Shown here in pieces: positions 38,422-46,526 of a stretch of DNA of 64,000 nucleotides. A program made the position numbers and the translations under genes. Source of the stretch: Clostridia bacterium (GTDB taxonomy: Bacteria; Bacillota; Clostridia; CAKSNL01; HGM11501). How positions within the stretch are numbered: position 1 is the first letter of the stretch; each line of letters starts with the position of its first letter. A model generated the notes under the pieces. The model was not told the origin of the DNA and ran no database searches. It worked only from the letters and a program-made list of their open reading frames with translations. Location of the stretch: positions 129,540-193,539 of the forward strand of contig JAFQQJ010000019.1 in assembly GCA_017411325.1 (NCBI GenBank), given 5' to 3'.

Positions 38422-38452
38422 ATTATACTAAATTGAAAGGGATATTTCAATT
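38422..38452 (-). promoter_or_regulatory. Sigma-A promoter of the GIY-YIG gene with an overlapping inverted repeat
   Basis: Minus strand TTGAAA (38450-38445), 17 bp, TATAAT (38427-38422). Palindrome AATTGAAA-N6-TTTCAATT (38431-38452). Confidence 0.7.
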
Positions 38453-38469
38453 ATTATTTCAAGATAAAA

Positions 38470-38842
38470 GAGATCCTTCGGGCAGAGCCCTCAGGATGAC
38501 ATGGGGGGAGGGCTGTCATTCTGAGCGGAGCGTAAGCGCAGCGAAGAATCTCACGCTTCACTGTCATTCTGACGACGGCGTTTTGCGAAAAAAACGCCTA
38601 CGGAAGAATCTCTCACTCCAAGCACTGTACAGGAGATCCTTCGGGCAGAGCCCTCAGGATGACATGGAGGGAGGGCTGTCATTCTGAGCGAAGCGTCAGC
38701 GTAGCATTGTCATTCTGAGCGGAGCGAAGAATCTCACGCTTCACTGTCATTCTGACGACGGCGTTTTACAAAAACGCCTATGGAAGAATCTCTCATCTAT
38801 CACCGTGCAGGATATCCTTCGGGCAGAGCCCTCAGGATGACA
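38470..38842. repeat. Right array of TGTC-tagged palindromic repeats (7 full units + 1 partial)
   Basis: Reverse units at 38470, 38633, 38811. Forward units at 38514, 38562, 38677 (partial), 38708, 38745. Higher-order period 163-178 bp. Confidence 0.92.
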
Positions 38843-38856
38843 CGGGGGTGCATAAC

Positions 38857-38884
38857 AAAAAAGGAGGGATTGCTCCCTCCTTTT
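38857..38884 (-). terminator. Intrinsic terminator of module 2
   Basis: AAAAAAGGAGGGA-TTGC-TCCCTCCTTTT. Confidence 0.75.
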
Positions 38885-38885
38885 A

Positions 38886-41369
38886 TCATTTCGTTATTGT
38901 AACTGTCTGTGCCTCTCCGTTCCAGGAAACGTTATAGCCTAAAATTTCCGATACGAATCTTACGGGTATAAAGGTACGGTTTTCCGATATCACCGGGGGA
39001 TTTAAGAGAGTATACATCATCTTGCCCTTGGGATAGCGTGTATCAGACACCCACACGATATTGTTCCATATCTGAAGCTCGATTGTCATAACCTCGGTTT
39101 TAAGGGTGATTTTCTCCTTTGCACCGTCCCAGGCAATTTCTGCGCCCATTTCCTCAACCAATCCTCTTAAGGGGATTAATGTTGAGCCGTTTACGATGAA
39201 GGGAGCAACATCCAAAACCTTTTCACTTTCGGTCTTTTCCCTGCCTTTAACGGCTTTTATGGTTTTATCGCCGATTTTAAGGGTATAGGTTTCGCTTGCT
39301 TCTTCCGTTCTTTCCTTTCGTGCCGTTCCCGACTCAAAGAAGGAAATGTCCGTTGCGGAAACTCTGCCCGCGTTATATTCCAGAATTTCGATATCGAAAT
39401 ACTTAACCTCGATTTCCTCGTCAAACACAACTACCTTTTCCGATACATCATCGGCAAAGGTGACTTCCTTTTCAGAAAATTCAAGACCATCAACTGACCA
39501 GCGCAAGATTGCCTTGTACCATAAGCCGTGTTTATCCTCAGACCGTCTCGGAAGATAATGGAATTCCTTAATCTTATATACCTCGCGGAACTCAACCTCG
39601 ATGGTTACGGGGCGTGTTCCCGTGGTTTCCGTCTGCCATATGGTATCCGACCTTCCGTCAAAGGCTCTGTTTATGGTGTTATTGTTCCACACAGGCTCTG
39701 TGCAGTAGCCCGTCGTCTCCTCCGTCGGTATCTGATAGAGTCTGTGAAGCACCTCATAGTCCTGATATGCGGAAAGTGCCACGGTTTCAAGGTCGTCCCT
39801 TCCCTTTACGGCACTAAACTCCGCAAAGCTTCCTATGTTACCGTTTCCTCCCTTTATTATAAGACGTATTCTTTTAGCCTCGATATTTCCCACAAGGCGG
39901 AAATTTCTTATTGCACCGAATGCCGCCGTCTGCGAAAAGGCGATGGACTCGTTTTCAAGTATAGTGTAAAATGCGCCGTCATCCGAGCCTGATGCCTGAA
40001 GGTCAAAAAGCTTTACGTCGCCGGAGTGGGAATCGGTTCTCGGCAAAATTACAAATTCCGAAATTTTTGTAAGCTCGGGAAGTGTGAAGTCGATGGTATA
40101 AGGCGGCTTCTGCAGATTTTTCGCCTTGCCGTCCTCAACCTCGTAGTAGGAATGCCAGATGGTCTTCTGTTTTCCGTCAATTAAGTTTTTCGCAGGTGCA
40201 CCCTTAAATTCCGAGTCCGCAGTAGCCGTCCAGCCTGCCTTCGGCACTTCGTTTTCAACTGTGAAGTCGGAGGCGGGCTCTGCCGGTTTTTCCTCCTTGG
40301 GCTCATCCTTTGCAGATTCGCCTTTTTCGCTTCCTTTAATAAACTCAAGCTCGCCGCAGGTGGCATAGCCTGTTCCGTAGGAATCGGTTATTTCAATTTT
40401 TACGCCGAGAAGCTCCATATCGCCCCAGGAGAGTGTCTGCGCTGCGTGGCGCATGGCATCTGACGAAAGCTTGTATTTAAATATTTCCTTATATTCTTCC
40501 CCGTCGGTTGTTCCGTAAACGGTCATCGCCCTTACGGTTCCCGATTCAGAGTCGCTTCGGGGGGTGTAGATAAGTCCCGACACGGTAAGGGGGCTTACGA
40601 AGTTTACGGTGATATAGTGGGGCCACTTTTCAACATCCGTAAGCTTTCCGTCTACCACACCGTAGCGGGTATGCCAGAAGGTAGAAGGATTTCCGTCAAA
40701 TATTTTCTTTATTGTTCCGCCAAGGTCAGATGTGGTCTCTACAAGCCAGGATGCATCATAGGGGATTTTTTCATAGGGAGCTTCCTCTTCCTTTTTACCG
40801 TCAGCGGTAATTGTACCGGGAGTTACAACGGCGTTTTCAGCCTTTGCCTCACCGCCTGTTAAAAACTGAAGCTCACCGCAGGTGGCATAGCCCGAGCCGT
40901 ATGAATTGGTTACTTCAATTTTTATGGCGGTCATTTCCCTGTTGCCCCAGGAAACTGTTTTGGAATCGAAACGCCCGGCATCGCCTGAAAGCTTATATTC
41001 CGCAATTTTTGTAAAGGTTTCCCCGTCGGTGGATGAGTATACATTCATCGCCCTGACGGTTCCCGAATCAGAATCGCTTCGGGGTGTGTAGATAAGTCCC
41101 GACACGGTTAACGGGCTTATAAAGTTTACGGTTATGTAGTGAGGCCACTTTTCAACATCAGAAAGCTTTCCGTCAACCACACTGTAGCGGGTGTGCCAGA
41201 AGGTTGATGCATTTCCGTCAAATATCTTATTGATTGTTCCTCCAATGTCGGAGGTTGTTTCAACAAGCCAGGATGCATCATAGGGGATTTCCGTTTCCGC
41301 GGCACATACAGGCACAAGGAGACTTATTGCAAGCAAAAGTGTAAGAATTATCGAAAATATTTTCTTCAT
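38886..41369 (-). CDS. Secreted protein with 4 discoidin domains + stalk domain (module 2)
   Basis: Signal peptide. Two near-identical IPYDASWLVETTSD units plus two further discoidin units. C-terminal DVAPFIVNGSTLIPLRGL and RTFIPVRFVSE. Confidence 0.85.
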   Translation of the reverse strand: MKKIFSIILTLLLAISLLVPVCAAETEIPYDASWLVETTSDIGGTINKIFDGNASTFWHTRYSVVDGKLSDVEKWPHYITVNFISPLTVSGLIYTPRSDSDSGTVRAMNVYSSTDGETFTKIAEYKLSGDAGRFDSKTVSWGNREMTAIKIEVTNSYGSGYATCGELQFLTGGEAKAENAVVTPGTITADGKKEEEAPYEKIPYDASWLVETTSDLGGTIKKIFDGNPSTFWHTRYGVVDGKLTDVEKWPHYITVNFVSPLTVSGLIYTPRSDSESGTVRAMTVYGTTDGEEYKEIFKYKLSSDAMRHAAQTLSWGDMELLGVKIEITDSYGTGYATCGELEFIKGSEKGESAKDEPKEEKPAEPASDFTVENEVPKAGWTATADSEFKGAPAKNLIDGKQKTIWHSYYEVEDGKAKNLQKPPYTIDFTLPELTKISEFVILPRTDSHSGDVKLFDLQASGSDDGAFYTILENESIAFSQTAAFGAIRNFRLVGNIEAKRIRLIIKGGNGNIGSFAEFSAVKGRDDLETVALSAYQDYEVLHRLYQIPTEETTGYCTEPVWNNNTINRAFDGRSDTIWQTETTGTRPVTIEVEFREVYKIKEFHYLPRRSEDKHGLWYKAILRWSVDGLEFSEKEVTFADDVSEKVVVFDEEIEVKYFDIEILEYNAGRVSATDISFFESGTARKERTEEASETYTLKIGDKTIKAVKGREKTESEKVLDVAPFIVNGSTLIPLRGLVEEMGAEIAWDGAKEKITLKTEVMTIELQIWNNIVWVSDTRYPKGKMMYTLLNPPVISENRTFIPVRFVSEILGYNVSWNGEAQTVTITK

Positions 41370-41382
41370 CTATACCGCCTCC

Positions 41383-44124
41383 TTAATTTAAGTGTGACAT
41401 TACGGCATTTACCGTATCTTTAGGTGCTGTTCCCCTCATGCAAAGGGTGTATGTTCCGTTTCCGAAGCTCTTTACCTCATAGCCATAGCACTCTGCAATG
41501 AAGGAAAGAGGAATGTAGATTATTCCGTCAACCGCCTTAACGGGAGCAGAAAGCTTGACGGGCGCTCCGTCCGCCTTTGCATCAAGTGTGCCGATAGTGG
41601 TATATGTCCACATATAATTTACAGCTTCGGTAAGGTCATCGTTCATTTCAAAGTGATAGGTACGAAGTACGTTGTAGAAGGAATTGTAGTCCGTCTTTGT
41701 TCTGCCGTAGCCCATAACCTCATTGAAGGTATCTTCGGGAATGTAGAGAGTTCCGGCCTCTTCAAAGGCACGGACATTTCTATCCTTTTCGTATACCGGC
41801 ATCTTTGCGCCCGAAACTATCATATTTTCCGCACCCGCCTTTATGACGGATGTATCGTAAAGGCTTGCACGTTCGCTTTCTGTAAGAGATGTTTCGGGGA
41901 TTTCTGTATATACATAGTTGAATCTTCCGTAGGGAGCCGTGCTGCCTTCCGAGTAGAAGTTCATAAAGTCTTCCTTGCCTGAAACAGAATCCGTCCACTT
42001 GAATTCAAAGTCAACTGTGCCTGTTTCACCTATTACACTTCTCGGAATTTTAACTGTCATGCTCTTTCCTTCTATATTCAATTCAGCTGTTCCCATTACT
42101 TCAAAGTAGGTGCCGTTTGCCTTGGAAAGTGTTCCCTTTCCGTCAACGTTTACGGCAAAGTCATAGCCTTCCCATCCCGTCTTATACATTCTGTCGGTGT
42201 TTATATAAAGGTTTAAGAAGTTTTCGCCTTCTTTTATGTCGTCTTTGCAGTTTACAAGGAAATAGAAGTTGTCCGCATCAAAGGATACCTTTGCAGAAAG
42301 GATTGCATTTACTACCTTTGTTTTGTAGATATTGGGCTCAAAGTCTGTTCCCGCCTTTGCATAGCCTATGCTGTTACGCTCATAGGACTGGTCTGCATTG
42401 AGGAACTCAGGGCCTACACCGTTCCACTGCGAAAGGTCGCCCGCAATATCAATGGTTTTCGCTCCGCTTGCCGTAGGTACGGTGCGTACACCTTTATACT
42501 TTCTGATAAAGTCAACCATCAGGTTGTAATAGTCGTCCTTTAATGCTCCTCTTGAAGGCTCAAAGTCACGGCTGTTTTCATCATCGAAGGTATCAACAAA
42601 GGCGTTGGGATTTCCGTACCAGTCCTCAAAGCGGATTGCGGTCTGCTCGTTCCAGCCGTCAATGTAGATAAATTCGGGCTCTGCACTGAGGGCTAATGCT
42701 GCCTGCTCACGGAAGAAGTATGCCTTTCTTGCACCGTCAGCTGTATAGTCCTCGCCGAATACCTCGGAAAATCCTCTTCCCTTGGCATATTCGTTTGATG
42801 CCGCACCGCCAAGTCCCATTGCCGCATTGGTAAGGGTATTTATGGAACAGCCCACAGCCATAAATTCAGGTCTTCCCGTCTCGTCGGGGTTACGGAGCTT
42901 CTGGGGGAAGTGTTCAAGCCAGAACCACTCGTTGGGTTTAACCTCGCTGTCTCTCGTTCCGCCGTAACGGAAGGTGAAAAAGTCGTGAATTTCATCTACC
43001 AGCGAAAGCTGTGCCGTGTCCTTTGAATTTGCCTGTGCAACGGCATATTCCTTACGGGTATTTGCAAAAATAAGAGGCTTTCCGTCAAGGTAGTACCAGA
43101 TATCTGAATAGTCGTTTTCCACAAAGCAGCTCATATAAATGGATGCAGGCTGCGTAAAGCTGTACTGATTGGGCATTACGATTGATCCAAGCACGGAAAT
43201 TTTCGGAACGTTGAGCCCCGTCGATTTCGCATCGCGGAAGGCTTCTGCCACAACCTTAAGAGAGCTTACAAAGTTATAGCCGTTATTTGTATAGTCAAAG
43301 AATATTACGTCAACGCCCGCATGGGAAAGCATTTCGGCGTGCTTTCTGTAAACCCAGTAGTCATAGGAATCATAAAAGCCAAGTGCCGGCTCTGACCAGT
43401 AATATATGCTGTTTAAGTCCCACGCCTTGTGGAAGTAGTCGTATCTTGCTTCGGGTGAAGCTTTAATTACGTCCCCGATTACCGTCGCACGGGTTTTAGC
43501 CGTATCCGATGTAAACCAGTTCCAGTACATTATGCCCACATCACGTCCGTCGGTTTTAACGGCCCCTGCTTCAGGATAGTCTGCCACCTTTCTTCCATAT
43601 GAATCCGTTGCCGCCCAGGTATCGGAATAAAGGTCAATGACAGCATCATCGGATACCTGAACGGATTTCGTATCACGCACATAATCTTCCTTTGAAAGAA
43701 TGACCTTTTTAATATCGCTTCCGCCGCGGGATGCACCGTAGAGCGAAACGAAGTAAAGGTCGTGTTTTCCTTCCGTCGCTTTTACGGGTGCTTTGAAAAG
43801 GTCTTCTCTGTTTTCGTCCATTACAAGATAGCCTGTTACATTGCCTGTGAGCGGATCGTCGGTTTTAATCATAAGAGTATCGCCGTTTGCCCCTCCGGTA
43901 ACAACATTTTTCGCTTCGATTGCGATATGCTTTATCCCGGTAAGGTCCACATTCTTAAACCCGAAATAATCGTCCTTTTTTGAATACCGGAGAATTTCTC
44001 CGTTTATTGTTGCTCCCGACAAAATATCCGCATCCGCCGCATTAAGTTTAATTTCACCCTCTGCAGATACAGGAATTGAAAAAATCATCAGGGTTGCCAG
44101 AATAATTGCAAGTATTTTTTTCAA
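41383..44124 (-). CDS. Secreted CBM6-like + GH99/GH71-like hydrolase + degenerate stalk domain (module 2)
   Basis: TTG start after AAGGAAGGG. FKNVDL, GKHDLYF, VGIMYWNW, WSEPALGFY, DGWNEQ, SRDFEP. Paralog of 20443..23199. Confidence 0.72.
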   Translation of the reverse strand: MKKILAIILATLMIFSIPVSAEGEIKLNAADADILSGATINGEILRYSKKDDYFGFKNVDLTGIKHIAIEAKNVVTGGANGDTLMIKTDDPLTGNVTGYLVMDENREDLFKAPVKATEGKHDLYFVSLYGASRGGSDIKKVILSKEDYVRDTKSVQVSDDAVIDLYSDTWAATDSYGRKVADYPEAGAVKTDGRDVGIMYWNWFTSDTAKTRATVIGDVIKASPEARYDYFHKAWDLNSIYYWSEPALGFYDSYDYWVYRKHAEMLSHAGVDVIFFDYTNNGYNFVSSLKVVAEAFRDAKSTGLNVPKISVLGSIVMPNQYSFTQPASIYMSCFVENDYSDIWYYLDGKPLIFANTRKEYAVAQANSKDTAQLSLVDEIHDFFTFRYGGTRDSEVKPNEWFWLEHFPQKLRNPDETGRPEFMAVGCSINTLTNAAMGLGGAASNEYAKGRGFSEVFGEDYTADGARKAYFFREQAALALSAEPEFIYIDGWNEQTAIRFEDWYGNPNAFVDTFDDENSRDFEPSRGALKDDYYNLMVDFIRKYKGVRTVPTASGAKTIDIAGDLSQWNGVGPEFLNADQSYERNSIGYAKAGTDFEPNIYKTKVVNAILSAKVSFDADNFYFLVNCKDDIKEGENFLNLYINTDRMYKTGWEGYDFAVNVDGKGTLSKANGTYFEVMGTAELNIEGKSMTVKIPRSVIGETGTVDFEFKWTDSVSGKEDFMNFYSEGSTAPYGRFNYVYTEIPETSLTESERASLYDTSVIKAGAENMIVSGAKMPVYEKDRNVRAFEEAGTLYIPEDTFNEVMGYGRTKTDYNSFYNVLRTYHFEMNDDLTEAVNYMWTYTTIGTLDAKADGAPVKLSAPVKAVDGIIYIPLSFIAECYGYEVKSFGNGTYTLCMRGTAPKDTVNAVMSHLN

Positions 44125-44300
44125 AGCTATTCCCTTCCTTTCAGTTTGATAATATAATTATACATTATCCCGTGCTTTTTGTCTTTATCATCAATTCCGA
44201 CGTATTTATCATTTATTCCACGAAAAATTTTTCTTTTCTTTTTGGGAAAAATGTGGTATTATATATTAATGGAAGAAATTTTGAAAGGAGAAGTGTCATT

Positions 44301-46493
44301 ATGAGCGAAGAATTAAAGGCCCGTCAGGTGGATCAGCTCATCACCGATACCTTAAGAACAAACTATATGCCCTACGCCATGAGCGTTATTGTATCCCGTG
44401 CAATCCCCGAGATTGACGGTCTTAAGCCCTCACACAGAAAGTTACTCTACACTATGTATAAAATGGGCTTGCTTACAGGCGTCAGAACAAAAAGCTCCAA
44501 CGTTGTGGGACAGACCATGAAGTTAAACCCCCACGGCGATATGGCAATATATGATACATTGGTAAGACTTACAAGGGGCAATGCATCGCTTTTGTACCCC
44601 TTTGTTGACTCAAAGGGTTCCTTTGGTAAAAAGTACAGCCGTGATATGGCGTCTGCCGCAGCCCGTTATACGGAGGTTAAGCTTGCCCCCATATCAGCGG
44701 AGCTATTTTCCGATATTGATAAAAACAACGTTGACTTTGTGGATAACTTTGATGCCACAATGAAAGAGCCCGTGCTCCTCCCCGTTACTTTCCCGAATAT
44801 ACTGGCAAATCCCAACCTCGGTATTGCCGTTGGTATGGCAAGTAACATCTGCTCCTTTAACTTGAAGGAGCTTTGCGATACAACCATCGCCCTTATGAAG
44901 GATAAAAATGCCGATATTACGGAAACACTTCTTGCTCCGGATTTCCCCGGCGGCGGACAGATACTTTATGATAAGGAGCTTTTCCGCTCCATCTACGAGA
45001 CGGGACGCGGAAGCTTCAAGGTTCGCTCCAAGTGGCGTTATGACAAGAAGAATCAGTGTATCGAGGTTTATGAAATCCCCTACACCACCCAGGCAGAACT
45101 TATCATAGAAGCAATCGCAAAGCTTGTGAAGGACGGAAAGGCAAAGGAGATATCAGACCTTCGCGACGAAACAGATTTAAGCGGTCTTAAAATTACCATT
45201 GATGTAAAGCGCGGCACAGATCCCGATAAATTAATGGCGCTTTTATTTGCAAAGACACCCCTTGAGGACAGCTTTGGCTGTAACTTCAACATCCTTGTAA
45301 AAAACCGCCCCATGGTACTGGGTGTCCGTGCAATATTGCTTGAATGGCTCGCCTTCAGAATGGATTGCGTAAAGAGAAGAATTCTGTTTGACATTGACAA
45401 GAAAAATTCAACACTTCATCTTTTATACGGTCTCCGTAAGATTTTACTTGATCTTGACAAGGCGATAAAAATTGTCCGTGATACGGAAAACGATGCGGAT
45501 GTTGTTCCCAATTTAATGCAGGGCTTCGGCATCGACGAAACCCAGGCAAACTTTGTTGCGGAAATAAAGCTCCGTAATATGAACAAGGAATACATCTTAA
45601 AGAAAATCGCCGATGTGGATGAGCTTGAAAAGGAAATTGCCGATCTTACGGAAACAGTTAAGAGCGATGCGAAAATCAAGAAGCTTATCGCTTCTGAGCT
45701 TAAGGATGTTGCCGCAAAATACGGTGAGGAGCGAAAGAGTGAAATCATTCAGGCAGATGATGTTCCCGTGGTTGAGGCAGCAAGTGAGGTTGAGGACTAT
45801 AACTTAAAGATGTTCTTAACAAGGGACAACTACTTAAAGAAAATTACTCTCGTTTCCTTAAGAAGTGCAGCAGACCATAAGCTTAAGGACGGTGACGAAA
45901 TCATTTCAGAGCAGGAATCCACCAACAGAAGTGATCTTTTACTCTTCTCGGATAAAGCTGTTGTTTACAAGATGAAGATTTCAGATCTTCCCGACTGCAA
46001 GGCAAGCTCCTTCGGTGAATACATCCCGAACTTAATTGAGCTTGACGAGGGCGAGAAGATTATAAAGATTGTGGCAACGGACAATTACGAAGGCATTATG
46101 CTCTTTGCCTTTGAAAACGGTAAGGTTGCAAAGGTGCCCTTAAAGAGCTATGAAACCAAGACCAACCGTAAGAAGCTTATAAATGCATATTCCGACGCAT
46201 CCCCCATCGTGGGAATTATCTATACGGTTGCCGAGACAGATGTGCTCGCTGAAACCAGCAATGCAAAGCTTCTTTGCTTTAACACCGAATCGGTTAATAT
46301 GAAGACCACCCGTGATACTCAGGGCGTAAAGGCACTTACACTTAAGAAGAATGCAACACTTAAGTCAATCTGTCTTGCATCCGAATCCAAGGTTGCCGAC
46401 CCCAAAAAGTATTACACCAAAAACATCCCTGCCGCAGGCTTTTTCCTGAAGGCCTCGGACAAGGCACCCCAGATGTCGTTATTTGAAGATTAG
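44301..46493 (+). CDS. Type IIA DNA topoisomerase subunit A (GyrA/ParC family, probably ParC-like)
   Basis: RBS AAGGAG, ATG 44301. YAMSVIVSRAIP..DGLKP..R, NPHGD, AAARYTE catalytic Tyr, GIAVGMA. No QxRGGxG GyrA-box seen. Confidence 0.88.
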   Translation: MSEELKARQVDQLITDTLRTNYMPYAMSVIVSRAIPEIDGLKPSHRKLLYTMYKMGLLTGVRTKSSNVVGQTMKLNPHGDMAIYDTLVRLTRGNASLLYPFVDSKGSFGKKYSRDMASAAARYTEVKLAPISAELFSDIDKNNVDFVDNFDATMKEPVLLPVTFPNILANPNLGIAVGMASNICSFNLKELCDTTIALMKDKNADITETLLAPDFPGGGQILYDKELFRSIYETGRGSFKVRSKWRYDKKNQCIEVYEIPYTTQAELIIEAIAKLVKDGKAKEISDLRDETDLSGLKITIDVKRGTDPDKLMALLFAKTPLEDSFGCNFNILVKNRPMVLGVRAILLEWLAFRMDCVKRRILFDIDKKNSTLHLLYGLRKILLDLDKAIKIVRDTENDADVVPNLMQGFGIDETQANFVAEIKLRNMNKEYILKKIADVDELEKEIADLTETVKSDAKIKKLIASELKDVAAKYGEERKSEIIQADDVPVVEAASEVEDYNLKMFLTRDNYLKKITLVSLRSAADHKLKDGDEIISEQESTNRSDLLLFSDKAVVYKMKISDLPDCKASSFGEYIPNLIELDEGEKIIKIVATDNYEGIMLFAFENGKVAKVPLKSYETKTNRKKLINAYSDASPIVGIIYTVAETDVLAETSNAKLLCFNTESVNMKTTRDTQGVKALTLKKNATLKSICLASESKVADPKKYYTKNIPAAGFFLKASDKAPQMSLFED

Positions 46494-46495
46494 TA

Positions 46496-46526
46496 AAAAG
46501 ATGTGAGCCGACGGCTCACATCTTTT
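46496..46526. terminator. Bidirectional terminator
   Basis: AAAAGATGTGAGCC-GAC-GGCTCACATCTTTT. Confidence 0.8.

Noticed and set aside
37497-38687. ORFs 37497..37991, 37986..38255 and 38433..38687
   Set aside because: They are read-throughs of the palindromic repeats or antisense to the GIY-YIG gene.
37873-38842. CRISPR array or integron attC cassette array
   Set aside because: Units alternate in orientation, the inter-unit sequences are themselves repeated, and there is no cas gene or integron integrase.
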